Below are positions 47,652 to 57,706 of a stretch of 64,000 nt of DNA, one piece after another. The notes below the pieces were generated by a model, which saw only the letters and a list, made by a program, of their open reading frames with translations, was not told the DNA's origin and searched no databases. The stretch spans positions 1,600,001 through 1,664,000 of the forward strand of contig OZ243037.1 of NCBI GenBank assembly GCA_965212015.1. Direction: 5' to 3'. How positions within the stretch are numbered: the first letter of the stretch is position 1; every line of letters starts with the position of its first letter. The stretch comes from Cenarchaeum sp. GTDB lineage: Archaea; Thermoproteota; Nitrososphaeria; Nitrososphaerales; Nitrosopumilaceae. A program made the translations under genes and the position numbers.

Positions 47652-47652
47652 G

Positions 47653-48252
47653 ATGGCACAGACACAAAACATGCTATTGTTCAGACGATGGGACCTCACC
47701 GACATTGAAATCCGCGATCCCGGCCTAAAGACTGCAATCTCGCTGCGAAAGATGATCCTGCCGTACACGTACGGCCGCTCCGCGCTAAAAAGATTCAACA
47801 AGGCAGACGTCAACATAGTAGAGCGGCTCTCAAACAAGCTGATGCATTTTGGCAAAAAGTACGCAAAAAACACCGGGCGCATGACTGGCAAAAAGATGAA
47901 CATTATGAATACAGTAAAGGCGTCCTTTGAGATGATACACCTAAAGACCGGAAAAAACCCCGCAGAAATCCTGGTACGCGCCATAGAAAACTCGGCGCCA
48001 AACGAGGACACCACCAGAATAGTCTACGGGGGCACGGTATACCACGTCTCTGTCGACGTGGCGCCGATACGGCGCGTTGATCTGGCGCTGCGCTTTATCG
48101 CCGACGGGGTAAAGGAGGCCACGTTCTCAAACCCAAAGGCCATGGAGGAATACCTTGCAGACCACCTTATCCTGGCCGCATCCAACGATCAGAGCGCGCC
48201 TTCGGTCAAGAAAAAGCACGAGCTGGAGCGCATCGCTCAGGCGTCACGGTAA
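47653..48252 (+). CDS. rps7: 30S ribosomal protein S7
   Basis: VNIVERL, VDVAPIRRVD, ELERIA. Confidence 0.97.
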   Translation: MAQTQNMLLFRRWDLTDIEIRDPGLKTAISLRKMILPYTYGRSALKRFNKADVNIVERLSNKLMHFGKKYAKNTGRMTGKKMNIMNTVKASFEMIHLKTGKNPAEILVRAIENSAPNEDTTRIVYGGTVYHVSVDVAPIRRVDLALRFIADGVKEATFSNPKAMEEYLADHLILAASNDQSAPSVKKKHELERIAQASR

Positions 48253-48255
48253 AAG

Positions 48256-48359
48256 TAGCCCGAGGCAGATTCGAACTGCCGTCCCCGCGTATCTACTCTT
48301 GAGATCCAGAGCGCGGAATCCTTGACCCCAAATCAGTTTGGCCGCTAGACTATCGGGCT
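48256..48359 (-). tRNA. tRNA-Gln(CTG) with two introns (D-loop and canonical 37/38)
   Basis: Acceptor AGCCCGA/TCGGGCT, anticodon stem CCGCG/CGCGG with CTCTGG^A, T-arm GGCAG-TTCGAAT-CTGCC; inserts at 48291-48305 (15 nt) and about 48326-48341 (16 nt) leave a 73-nt tRNA. Confidence 0.9.
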
Positions 48360-48434
48360 ACTGCACAAAGTATGCCGGACTAGGATTTAGGTATTGAGTT
48401 TTGGCGCACTCGGCCCGATACCGGACACCAGGTC

Positions 48435-48761
48435 TCATCCGATCTGCATCTCGTGTGCCGCAGTGGAATAGTCGCACTGTGCCCCGAGTCTCATGTATGG
48501 AATCAGCCTGAAATGAATCCCGTAAATGCTGTTCTCCTTGTATATGATTCCCTTTTGCAGCAGGGAGGCAAGGCCGCGCGAGATCTTCATAATGTCGACG
48601 CCGTGCGATGCGCAAACCTCGTCGCGCTTTTTTTGGTACTGAATCTGGGTAAATACCGTGTCGTCAAGTTCCAGAACAAGCGGCCATACGATCTGTTTCC
48701 ATACGAACCGCCTGTTTTCCGTGGCCGATGCGTGCTTGCCCTTGTCGCCCAATACCGGCAT
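48435..48761 (-). CDS. Hypothetical protein (possible wHTH)
   Basis: ISRGLASLLQKGIIYKE helix-wing-like pattern; TATA-like TTATAA upstream. Confidence 0.65.
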   Translation of the reverse strand: MPVLGDKGKHASATENRRFVWKQIVWPLVLELDDTVFTQIQYQKKRDEVCASHGVDIMKISRGLASLLQKGIIYKENSIYGIHFRLIPYMRLGAQCDYSTAAHEMQIG

Positions 48762-48797
48762 GTCGCACAATAAGGTTATAACTCAATAATCCCGCCA

Positions 48798-49115
48798 ATG
48801 CGGCCGGGACTCGGCCTTGATGTGGCAGAACGCGCCTATCTTGGGTATTATAATGCGGCAGACGACGGCCTGCCAAGCTTCTGGCTTGACCTGGGCATTG
48901 TGGGCAGTTACATCTCTCTTTTTATCAGGAATAGTCTGGCGCCTGCGGCGGTATTTGTCTGGCTGTTCATACTGTACACAAAGGCAGTGATGGTGACATG
49001 CGGGTTTGGGGGCGGGAAATCACTTGCAATAATGGCAATATCGATATTGGCGTATTATCCCGCCGGCATGGCGATTGGAATCCTGTCACAGGTTTTGCAT
49101 GAAATTACAATGTGA
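48798..49115 (+). CDS. Putative small membrane protein (possibly a remnant)
   Basis: Hydrophobic segments; start uncertain. Confidence 0.3.
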   Translation: MRPGLGLDVAERAYLGYYNAADDGLPSFWLDLGIVGSYISLFIRNSLAPAAVFVWLFILYTKAVMVTCGFGGGKSLAIMAISILAYYPAGMAIGILSQVLHEITM

Positions 49116-49160
49116 GCCGGCAGGTGGCACGCAGGACCATGGATGTAAAAATGCACCGTA

Positions 49161-49970
49161 TTACCCTTCAATGTTCCAGTCGTATTTGTAATCATAAAGG
49201 GTGACAGAGTTTACAATGCCTGAAAATGCGGGGTCGTCTACCAGAATGTCGTTATTGTACATGTTTTGTGTCTTGTAATTCCCCCTTATCAGCCAGGTCT
49301 CGTGGAGCTCCAAAAGATCGATTGTTATTGCTATGTACTGCCATTCATATGACCAACTCCGTTCTTTTGCCACAAATTTGGTAATCATTACGTCTCTGCC
49401 GTCAATCGTTACGCTCTTGTCGTATTCTGAGATTACCGCGCATTCTATATCGGTAACCCACTCGTTGCATACGTCATGCTGCAGTTTCAAATATTCGGTG
49501 CTGTTGACTGGAAGCGTGTCGATTACAATGTGCGAGAATTCGTAACGGATGCGGTTCTCTGCCGGATCGTATCCCCATGTATGCGGCGGGTCTGCAGGCG
49601 CGTGCGACTCCTTGATGTGGATTTCCCTGTGGGCGTCATCCTGCACAAAGTCAGGCCAGGTTGCATTTATCCCATACGGGTTTCTTAGCACCAGCCGCGT
49701 GTTTGAATCTACGTCCTTTGCGGCCATGTGATCGGGCAGCACGATGCCGAGCTTGTCCTGTGCGGGATCCCACGGCTCGTCGGCGGGGACGGTCCATCCC
49801 CTGCCTTGCAATACCTGTAGCGTATCATCAAAGACGCAGGCCAGCCTTCCGTTTGGCGATGCGATCAAATTGTGCACCTCGCCGCACTGCATGTCATGCA
49901 GCGCATAGGCGCCGGACACTAGCACGCATGAGGCCAGCGCAAAAAGCGCCAACAACTGCGTGCCTGCCAT
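49161..49970 (-). CDS. Secreted hypothetical protein
   Basis: Signal peptide; C..LI...GRLACV...L..RGW motif common in thaumarchaeal secreted proteins. Confidence 0.7.
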   Translation of the reverse strand: MAGTQLLALFALASCVLVSGAYALHDMQCGEVHNLIASPNGRLACVFDDTLQVLQGRGWTVPADEPWDPAQDKLGIVLPDHMAAKDVDSNTRLVLRNPYGINATWPDFVQDDAHREIHIKESHAPADPPHTWGYDPAENRIRYEFSHIVIDTLPVNSTEYLKLQHDVCNEWVTDIECAVISEYDKSVTIDGRDVMITKFVAKERSWSYEWQYIAITIDLLELHETWLIRGNYKTQNMYNNDILVDDPAFSGIVNSVTLYDYKYDWNIEG

Positions 49971-50133
49971 GGTTTTTTAGCTGACATCAGGGTATTAAAC
50001 CAGTTTTATGGCGCGCCGGGGCGGGCCTACAAAACACGGCTTTGGCATGCAGTGCCAGCCGTGCCCGGGATGCCGCACCTGCGGATTTGCGCGGATTAAA
50101 CCGATAAATAGCAAACCTGCCACACACGTATAG

Positions 50134-50835
50134 TTGTCCCAAAAGGAAATCCAGGAATCCCTTGAGCTTTTGGAGAAGGACTGGGACATTGATCCCGTCC
50201 TGAAGGATTTCATGCTGCAAAAAATCCGGAATGTCTCTGATTATATAATGAGGGTGGGTGATGTCACGTTCCACATACCGTACATTCCCGGACAGAAAAA
50301 ATACGTCCTGTGGAAGTGCTTTTGGCCTGACTGCCACAACTGCTGCGACAGGCAGGGAAGGCTGCCGCTTACGTCCGACGATCTGATTACCATCGGCGGC
50401 GGCCTAAAGTACAATAAAGTCTCGGATTTCGTCAAAAACGAGACGCTCACTGCCACCTGGCGGGAATCCGGCCCCGGCGGGGACGTTACCATGACTATGA
50501 TCAACCTAAAGCGAAAAAAGGACGAGACAGAGGCAGACGACGGGACGCACATCTCGTGCCGGTTCCTCGACAAGGAGGGCGGGTGCAGCATGCATCCGGA
50601 CAGGCCAGGCGTGTGTTATCTCTATCCGTTCTCCACGTGGCTTGAAAACGAAAAGGGGGCGGCGCGCGTACATGCGTCGTACCAGTTTACCGGCGACTGT
50701 CCGGGATTCTATCTGGCAGACGATCCCGGGCAGATGAAAAAGGAGCTTGACGAATACTCGAAAACAATCTATGACTATAACATGAAGTCATCCCGCACAA
50801 TGCGCGAGTGCCTCGGCTCTGCTAGCTTTATCTAG
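50134..50835 (+). CDS. YkgJ family cysteine-cluster protein
   Basis: CFWPDCHNCC, CRFL, CSMHPDRPGVCYLYPF, CPG. Confidence 0.88.
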   Translation: MSQKEIQESLELLEKDWDIDPVLKDFMLQKIRNVSDYIMRVGDVTFHIPYIPGQKKYVLWKCFWPDCHNCCDRQGRLPLTSDDLITIGGGLKYNKVSDFVKNETLTATWRESGPGGDVTMTMINLKRKKDETEADDGTHISCRFLDKEGGCSMHPDRPGVCYLYPFSTWLENEKGAARVHASYQFTGDCPGFYLADDPGQMKKELDEYSKTIYDYNMKSSRTMRECLGSASFI

Positions 50836-51028
50836 TCCTTTTCCTGTCCCTGCACACCCCGCAAAGATAGCCGCTTTTAAAACCCGATATTTTCTCCTCG
50901 AACTCGGATGAATTGACAAACTCCTCAGATGCCCTCATGCCGCCGGGAACCCTTTTTTTGCAGCTAGAACAGTGCAGCTCTATCTCAAACCGGACGGTTT
51001 TCTTGTTTTTAACGTCACCAATGATCAA
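50828..51028 (-). CDS. Small zinc-finger protein
   Basis: CSSC and CGVC pairs in 66 aa. Confidence 0.65.
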   Translation of the reverse strand: MIIGDVKNKKTVRFEIELHCSSCKKRVPGGMRASEEFVNSSEFEEKISGFKSGYLCGVCRDRKRTR

Positions 51029-51080
51029 CTGTTCTGGTATGCCGGGGCCGTTTTTTTAAATTTACCGCACAAGATGCGTC

Positions 51081-52094
51081 TCACGCCCTTGCGACCTTTA
51101 TCAGATCCGAGATTTTGATGTTCATCCCGAACCGGTCCTCGTGCCTTTTCATGTACATGAATATGGCCAAAAAGTCCGGCATTGATTTTATAATGTTAAA
51201 GTTCCCGCGAATCTTTGCCCTGACAAAGTTGAACACCTTTGCATACACCCTGTAGTGCTTCTCCACTGCCCTTTCGTATGCCTTGTAATCGTGCATGTTC
51301 TCCAAAAAGATCTCTACGCACTGCATCGACGGGATTATCCCCTCGCCTAGCAGGGCGTATACCGTCCCGATGGACTCGCCGACGCCGACTACCTTGCCTG
51401 AATAGTACGGCTTGCACCTGTCCGGCGTGGCAAGCCTTATCGGCCTGCCCTTGGTGGCCAGAATCCTGCCGCCGTGCTTTTTTATAAAGTCGTCAGTGGC
51501 CTTTATGTGGTTTTTGTTGTAATCGCCTGCGCCCACGTGGGCCCATTTCTCGCCTAGCGGAAAGTACCAGAAATACCCGGACATGCCGGGAAACGGCTCT
51601 ATGTAAAAGTCGTCGTACGGCAGCCCGCCGTCGTACTCTACCTTGTACTCGTACGTGGGTAGAAAAAAATCCTCGGCGATCTTTGGCAGGTACGCCCTGT
51701 GAAAACCGGTACAGTCAACTATCATGTCGTATTTTTTTTCCAGCTCCTCCAGCTTTGGGGACTCGCCGTATACGACGTTGCAGTCCTTGACAAAGTCCCG
51801 GATCAGCGCAAGCTTGTCGTACGTGCACAGCCCCTTTAGCCCAATGTCGAACTTTACATCACCGTCCATCCTGACGTGCATGCTCTTGCCGTCGTGTATG
51901 ACAAAGTCCTTGAAATCGCGGCCGGCCCTGCTGCAAAACCCCTCCAGCTCCCCCCTGATGGTCCCCCACGCACAGATCGAGTCGTGGCGCTCTAGCGGGG
52001 CGCGCTCGTATCCGGTTACCGTGTGTTCAGAGTCTTGCAGTCTTGCCATGGCGTATGATCCCGCCACTCCCATACCCATCACTGCGATATTCAA
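51081..52094 (-). CDS. NAD(P)/FAD-dependent oxidoreductase (geranylgeranyl reductase-like)
   Basis: IAVMGMGVAG Rossmann motif, GYFWYFP, VGESIG..GEGI; start could be TTG 52094 or ATG 52115. Confidence 0.85.
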   Translation of the reverse strand: MNIAVMGMGVAGSYAMARLQDSEHTVTGYERAPLERHDSICAWGTIRGELEGFCSRAGRDFKDFVIHDGKSMHVRMDGDVKFDIGLKGLCTYDKLALIRDFVKDCNVVYGESPKLEELEKKYDMIVDCTGFHRAYLPKIAEDFFLPTYEYKVEYDGGLPYDDFYIEPFPGMSGYFWYFPLGEKWAHVGAGDYNKNHIKATDDFIKKHGGRILATKGRPIRLATPDRCKPYYSGKVVGVGESIGTVYALLGEGIIPSMQCVEIFLENMHDYKAYERAVEKHYRVYAKVFNFVRAKIRGNFNIIKSMPDFLAIFMYMKRHEDRFGMNIKISDLIKVARA

Positions 52095-52131
52095 CGCGTG
52101 ATACGTGGGATTCATGCCCAATAAATAGGAT

Positions 52132-52356
52132 TTAGTCGCCGGCCGAACCGTGCGTCCATTTTGCTGCAACCGGAACGCCGGAGCGCTTGTCGTAATAGTC
52201 CATTATTACGTGAAACACAATCAGCTTTGCAAATATGACGGCTGCAATCAGCGCTATTATTGGCATTCCAAGATAGAGTAGATATCCCGTCACCCCGGCG
52301 GCTGTGGCCGACTCTAGGCCGGTGCACGTGCACAAAAACAAAAGCCTGCTTGCCAT
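52132..52356 (-). CDS. Small membrane protein (74 aa)
   Basis: MASRLLFL...GYLLYLGMPIIALIAAVIFAKLIVF hydrophobic segments. Confidence 0.45.
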   Translation of the reverse strand: MASRLLFLCTCTGLESATAAGVTGYLLYLGMPIIALIAAVIFAKLIVFHVIMDYYDKRSGVPVAAKWTHGSAGD

Positions 52357-52489
52357 GGCGCCGTTACGCCGCCAAAACATTTCAAGTTTTATCCAACTTG
52401 CGAATACGCGCATGACTGGCGGCTGCGGCCGGCGGCGCGGTTCTGCTGCAAACAGATACCCTTTTTTCTGAGGCGCGCCAATACACCGC

Positions 52490-52789
52490 ATGGGGATTTT
52501 GTCGGGCTTTGGGCGGGATTTGGATGCGGCAAAAAAAACCAAGGCCGCGCAGATAAACGGCCGGCACCTCAAGGGCCTGCTAAAAAAGCTCAAAGAACAG
52601 AGGGATCTGGAGGAGGCAAGGACCGGAATCAGGCCGGAGATAGACTCGACCACACAGACGTTCATGCAAAAGATACTCGACGTCTGGATTCGGGAGGGCA
52701 GGCGCATAGACGAGGAAAGGTTCTGGACCGAAGTCGATCACAACAGGCAGTTTGGGCACCCCGTAGAGTATTACGAGCGCAGGGCCTAG
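52490..52789 (+). CDS. Hypothetical protein
   Basis: Clean 99-aa charged helical ORF. Confidence 0.65.
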   Translation: MGILSGFGRDLDAAKKTKAAQINGRHLKGLLKKLKEQRDLEEARTGIRPEIDSTTQTFMQKILDVWIREGRRIDEERFWTEVDHNRQFGHPVEYYERRA

Positions 52790-53592
52790 CGCTTTTTGAG
52801 CCATTTTGCGACAAGCTCGTTTGCAAGCTTTGCCGCATCGGTGTCGCGCCTCACTGCCTCGCGGTTGAGCTTTCTTGCGTTTGTCTTTGAGAGCGTTATC
52901 GGGATCTTTTGCCTGATGGCAATCTTTTTCATCCTCTTGAGGATGGTCTTGTGCGAGGATTTGGGGCTTGACGCAAGAACCCTGAGATACCTCTTTCTTG
53001 ACGGCGAGTCAAGCTTTGTTATCCTTTCTGCAATCCTTGTGGCCTTTGCGATGTTTGGCACGGCCTGGTACAGCTTTGTCGCCTCGTCCCTTGATATCGT
53101 CCTTGGCACCAGATCCTTTATCCTGTCTGGCACGCCGGCAAAGCCGAGGTACTTGTTGAGCGTAAAGTACGTGATTCCAAGGTGCTTTGCCGCCTTTAGC
53201 TTGCCCATCCTTTCTGTCAGGATCGTGGCGGCGTCTATAATGTCCCTGTTGTGCATGTCGTTTCTGTGAATGTTTTCAACTACGGATGCGGCCTTTGCCT
53301 CCTCAAGGGACATTTCTGAGTGCTTTTTGAGCACGTGGACGTGCATTTTTTTTGCGTGCAGCCTCTTCATGGCGGCAAGCCTTCTCTGGCCGGACATGAG
53401 CAGGTACTCGTTTTTCGAGATTTTCTGCACCAGCGGGGGATTGAGCAGGCCGTCGTTTTTTATGGATTTTACAAGCTCGGATATGTTTTCCCTGTCAAGC
53501 TTTCTTGCCTGCGCCTCCTTCCACACGGTTATCTGCTTTAGGGGAATCTCGCGCATAACGTACGATATCTTTGGAACGAATTTTTTTGCCAA
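52786..53592 (-). CDS. ParB/Srx-domain protein with HTH and probable C-terminal RHH
   Basis: LVKSIKNDGLLNPPLV, SGQRRLAA, ENIHRND; AAKHLGIT HTH; KIPITLSK..RKL RHH-like end. Confidence 0.82.
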   Translation of the reverse strand: MAKKFVPKISYVMREIPLKQITVWKEAQARKLDRENISELVKSIKNDGLLNPPLVQKISKNEYLLMSGQRRLAAMKRLHAKKMHVHVLKKHSEMSLEEAKAASVVENIHRNDMHNRDIIDAATILTERMGKLKAAKHLGITYFTLNKYLGFAGVPDRIKDLVPRTISRDEATKLYQAVPNIAKATRIAERITKLDSPSRKRYLRVLASSPKSSHKTILKRMKKIAIRQKIPITLSKTNARKLNREAVRRDTDAAKLANELVAKWLKKR

Positions 53593-53769
53593 CTCTGTTT
53601 TGCTCCGACCGGATGTCTCTTAAGTTTTTCTAAGCATTTTTCCCGCCCGGTGCGCGCGCATGTCTGCGCCAAATGCCTGCGCCTGCGGCAGATGCCGCCT
53701 GCCGTCACGGCACATGCCGGCCGGTTTTCCATCTACTGTTATATTTGGGTGCAAAAACGCATTAATCAA

Positions 53770-54117
53770 ATGGGCAACATGATTACTCAGCGTCTGGCAT
53801 ACGACCTCAAAAAGGCATCAAGAAGCAACGATGCGCCAATCTGGTCAAGGCTCTCAAAGCTTGCCCTAAAGCCGGCCAGATCAAAAAGGGCGCTAAACCT
53901 CAAAAAGATAGCGCAGCTTAGCAAGGACGGCGACGTCATTGTGGTTCCAGGCAAGGTCCTCGGCACGGGAAGCATGCCGCATAAAATCACCATTTCGTCG
54001 TTTTCGATATCCAACGCCGCTGCTGGCAAGATTTTGGAATCCGGCGGCGAGATTATCAGCTTTGAGGAGATGACAAAAAAGTTTCCCACCGGCAAGGGGG
54101 TGCTTTTGCTTGGCTGA
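53770..54117 (+). CDS. rpl18e: 50S ribosomal protein L18e
   Basis: APIW, VVPGKVLGTG motifs; ATG at 53770. Confidence 0.94.
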   Translation: MGNMITQRLAYDLKKASRSNDAPIWSRLSKLALKPARSKRALNLKKIAQLSKDGDVIVVPGKVLGTGSMPHKITISSFSISNAAAGKILESGGEIISFEEMTKKFPTGKGVLLLG

Positions 54118-54565
54118 GCAGGAGGTAAGGACTGACAGGCCTGTGGTGGTAGATGCCACCGATCACATCGCCGGAAGGCTGGCATCCCACGTGGCCAAGC
54201 TGCTGTTGCAGGGAAACAGGGTGTCGATAATCAACTGCGAGAGGATTATGATCAGCGGAAGCAGGTCGAATATAATCGGGGAATACAGGGAATTTTTAGA
54301 GATATCCAGCATCATACATCCGGAGCACGGGCCGTACCATCCAAGAAGGCCTGACACGATAATTACAAGGATGATTCGGGGCATGCTGCCAAGAAAAAAG
54401 ACGTCCGGCCGCGAGGCCCACAAAAGGCTGCGCGCATATATCGGCACCCCGAGGAACCTCGGGACGTCTGAGAGAATCCAGTTTGAAAAGGCAAAGATCA
54501 CGCGACCGCCTACCAACTATACCACGATGGAGAACCTCGGCGAGACGGTGGGGTGGACCAGATGA
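54110..54565 (+). CDS. rpl13: 50S ribosomal protein L13
   Basis: GRLASHVAK, GPYHPRRP, IRGMLP. Confidence 0.96.
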   Translation: MAEQEVRTDRPVVVDATDHIAGRLASHVAKLLLQGNRVSIINCERIMISGSRSNIIGEYREFLEISSIIHPEHGPYHPRRPDTIITRMIRGMLPRKKTSGREAHKRLRAYIGTPRNLGTSERIQFEKAKITRPPTNYTTMENLGETVGWTR

Positions 54566-55011
54566 CGGTTCCCAAGACGGACATTTATTTTGCCACCCGA
54601 AAGGCATCCAGCGCGCACGTACACATCACAAAGGGCATCGGCAAGGTGCGCATCAACAACATTCCAGTGGAGATGATCGGACAAGAGTCGGCGCGCGAGG
54701 CAATCATGGTGCCGCTGGAAATAGCCGGCGACGTCAGAAACAAGATTGACATCTCTGTGCGCGTGCGCGGAGGGGGGTTCATGGGGCAGGCAAGCGCGAC
54801 TGCCACTGCGATTTCAAGGTCGATGATAGGATGGACAAAGTCAAAAAAGGATCCAAAGGATCATCCGCTGTCTAAATCAATACGCGAGGATCTCAGGAAA
54901 AGAATCGGCGAGTTTGACAAGTATCTCATAAGCGGCGACGCCCGGAGAAAAGAGTCAAAAAAGTTTGGCGGACCTGGGGCAAGACGAAGAAAGCAGAAAT
55001 CCTACCGTTAG
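54562..55011 (+). CDS. rps9: 30S ribosomal protein S9
   Basis: GGGFMGQA, KKFGGPGARRRKQKSYR. Confidence 0.97.
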   Translation: MTVPKTDIYFATRKASSAHVHITKGIGKVRINNIPVEMIGQESAREAIMVPLEIAGDVRNKIDISVRVRGGGFMGQASATATAISRSMIGWTKSKKDPKDHPLSKSIREDLRKRIGEFDKYLISGDARRKESKKFGGPGARRRKQKSYR

Positions 55012-55014
55012 AAA

Positions 55015-55779
55015 GTGAAAGCTGTAATTTTGGCCGGTGGAAAGGGTACGCGGGCAAAGCCGTACACGGATTTTTTCCCAAAGTCGATGATTCCAATCGG
55101 CGACAGGCCGGTAATCGCCCACCTTGTGGATTTTCTGCGCTCAAGCAGTGCCGTCGGCGAGATAATAATCCTGACTGATCTGGCAGGATACGGGGGCCAG
55201 ATTCGGAACTATTTCCGGGGGCGCCCGGGCAGGATCTCGTTTGTCCAGGACTCTGGTCTGGGCACGGGGGGCGACTTGCTGTGCCTCTCGCCGAAGCTAA
55301 AGGGGCGGGGCGAGTTTTTGCTGTGGTTTGCAGACAATCTGTGCCGCATTGACGTCTCAAAGATGCTAGAGCACCATGTAAAAAAACAGGGCATGGCGTG
55401 CATTGCCACCAGATCCGCCAGAAGAGAAGAGACCGGCTTTGCCATAATAGACGACGGGATGATAACGGAATTCCGAGAAAAGCCAGAGATTCAAATGCGC
55501 ATGTCCGAATGCCTCGGCATCTATGTGCTGTCAGCAGGAATTCTGGACGTGATCAGGGCAAAATCCGGCACGCGGCCTGTAAACCTGTCATATGACATAC
55601 TTGAGGGCCTCTCAAAAAAGGGCCAGGTCAGCGCGTACGATATAGGGGCGGCCCCCTGGATTGACGCAGAATCCCCGGTGGTCCTTGCCCGGAACAAGCC
55701 CACAGTCGACAAAATCATAAGACAGATGGGACGCCGGTCCTCTTCTCAAAGCCGGATATCGCATCCTCGTACTGCATAG
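55015..55779 (+). CDS. Sugar-phosphate nucleotidyltransferase
   Basis: AVILAGGKGTR..PK and LGTGG motifs. Confidence 0.88.
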   Translation: MKAVILAGGKGTRAKPYTDFFPKSMIPIGDRPVIAHLVDFLRSSSAVGEIIILTDLAGYGGQIRNYFRGRPGRISFVQDSGLGTGGDLLCLSPKLKGRGEFLLWFADNLCRIDVSKMLEHHVKKQGMACIATRSARREETGFAIIDDGMITEFREKPEIQMRMSECLGIYVLSAGILDVIRAKSGTRPVNLSYDILEGLSKKGQVSAYDIGAAPWIDAESPVVLARNKPTVDKIIRQMGRRSSSQSRISHPRTA

Positions 55780-56296
55780 TCTGCGTAATGTCATCCAGTC
55801 CCCCAAGCAGCATCTTTTTTTTGTCTGCGTCGATCTCAAAGGGAATAGTTTCTGCGCCGGCAGTAATAGTCTGCCCCTCCAGGTCCACGCCCACCGTACC
55901 GCAGTCCCGGAGGCGCCTTATTTTTTCGCGACCCAGCACTATTGGAAGAATCCCGTTTTTGAGACAGTTGCTGTAGAAAATGTCGGCAAACGACGGGGCG
56001 ATAACCACGCAAAAGCCATAGTCGCGCAGCGCCCATACTGCGTGCTCGCGGCTCGAGCCGCACCCAAAGTTCTCGCCTGCGGCCAGAATCCTGGATCCGC
56101 CATACCTCGGATCGTTTAGCACAAAGCCGGGATCCGGATTCCCGTCGCCGTCGTACCTCCAGTTAAAGAACAGATATTTTCCAAAGCCGGACTTTGTGAT
56201 CAGCTTTAGGAACTGTTTTGGAATTATCTGGTCGGTATCCACGTTTACCTTGTCCAGCGGGGTTACCACACTTGAGACGCTGCAAAACGGCTCCAT
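55715..56296 (-). CDS. leuD: 3-isopropylmalate dehydratase small subunit (bacterial type)
   Basis: [24 protein letters not shown]. Confidence 0.93.
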   Translation of the reverse strand: MEPFCSVSSVVTPLDKVNVDTDQIIPKQFLKLITKSGFGKYLFFNWRYDGDGNPDPGFVLNDPRYGGSRILAAGENFGCGSSREHAVWALRDYGFCVVIAPSFADIFYSNCLKNGILPIVLGREKIRRLRDCGTVGVDLEGQTITAGAETIPFEIDADKKKMLLGGLDDITQTMQYEDAISGFEKRTGVPSVL

Positions 56297-57702
56297 CAGT
56301 CCATCTCCCTGACGTCCACAAAGTGCCCGTGTATGGCAGCAGCTGCTGCCATTACCGGACTTACCAGGTGCGTCCTTCCGCCTGCACCCTGCCTTCCCTC
56401 AAAGTTGCGGTTCGACGTGCTTGCGCACCTCTGGCCTGACGACAGGACGTCGGGGTTCATTCCAAGACACATGCTGCAGCCTGACTCGCGCCACTCGAAT
56501 CCCGCATCGACAAATATCCTGGCTATTCCCATCTCCTCTGCCCGTCTTTTGACCTCCTGGGAGCCTGGCACCACCATCGCCCTTACGCCGGGTGCCACTT
56601 TTTTGCCCCTTACCATCTTGGAGGCGTCAAGCAGGTCTTCTAGCCTTGCGTTGGTGCACGATCCTATAAAGACCCGGTCGATGCCAATCTCAGTCATCGG
56701 TGTTCCCGCAGTAAGGTCCATGTATTGGAGGGCCTTTCGGGCCCCGTCCTGCCGGCCCGGATCATCTGAATACTCTGCCGGCTCTGGTATAATGCCGGTC
56801 ACATCGCACGTCATTCCCGGACTCGTCCCCCAGCTTACCTGCGGCGCCATGTCATCGACGCGCAGCGCAAACGTCTTTTCAAAGCTTGCCCCGCCATCGG
56901 TGGCGAGATCCTCCCTCCAGCGGTCCACTAGCTCCTCATAGTTTGCAGGCGTATACTGTCTTGCCCGGAGGTACTCGTAGGTCTTTTCGTCTGGTGCAAT
57001 CAGCCCGGCACGCGCGCCTGCCTCGATGGACATGTTGCATACGGTCATTCTCTGCTCCATTGAAAGGTCCCTTATGGCCTCGCCGCGGTACTCTATTACG
57101 GTGCCCGTCCCGCCGGCCGTGCCGATGCGCCTTATCACCGACAGGATGATGTCCTTTGCCGTGACGGCAAACGGGTTTTTTCTTTTCCCCTCTATTCTGA
57201 TCTCAAAGGGCTTTAGCTTTTCCATCCATATGGTCTGAGTCGCCAGCACGTGCTCGACGTCGCTTGTCCCGATTCCAAAGGCAAGCGCGCCAAAGGCGCC
57301 CTGCGTTGATGTGTGGCTGTCGCCGCAGACTATGGTGGTCCCCGGCAGCGTTATGCCCAGCTGCGGGCCGATGACGTGCACTATGCCCTGGTTGGCGCTG
57401 TCTGCGCCAAACAGCCTTATTCCAAAATCCCGGCAGTTCTTCTCTAGCGCCCTCATCTGGACTGAGGCGTCCTGATCCACTATGGGCAGGGATCTGTCTG
57501 CAGTCGGGATGATGTGGTCCATCGTGGCTATTGTGAGATCCGTCCTGCGCACCGTTCTGTTGCCTGCGCGCAGCCCGTCGAATGCCTGCGGCGAGGTCAC
57601 CTCGTGTATCAGGTGCCTGTCCACGTACAGCAGGGCCGGCCCGTCCTTTTTTTGCGCCACCACGTGCGAGTCCCAAATTTTTTCGTAAAGCGTCCGGGCC
57701 AT
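56296..57702 (-). CDS. leuC: 3-isopropylmalate dehydratase large subunit (bacterial type)
   Basis: [33 protein letters not shown]. Confidence 0.95.
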   Translation of the reverse strand: MARTLYEKIWDSHVVAQKKDGPALLYVDRHLIHEVTSPQAFDGLRAGNRTVRRTDLTIATMDHIIPTADRSLPIVDQDASVQMRALEKNCRDFGIRLFGADSANQGIVHVIGPQLGITLPGTTIVCGDSHTSTQGAFGALAFGIGTSDVEHVLATQTIWMEKLKPFEIRIEGKRKNPFAVTAKDIILSVIRRIGTAGGTGTVIEYRGEAIRDLSMEQRMTVCNMSIEAGARAGLIAPDEKTYEYLRARQYTPANYEELVDRWREDLATDGGASFEKTFALRVDDMAPQVSWGTSPGMTCDVTGIIPEPAEYSDDPGRQDGARKALQYMDLTAGTPMTEIGIDRVFIGSCTNARLEDLLDASKMVRGKKVAPGVRAMVVPGSQEVKRRAEEMGIARIFVDAGFEWRESGCSMCLGMNPDVLSSGQRCASTSNRNFEGRQGAGGRTHLVSPVMAAAAAIHGHFVDVREMD

Positions 57703-57706
57703 GATT

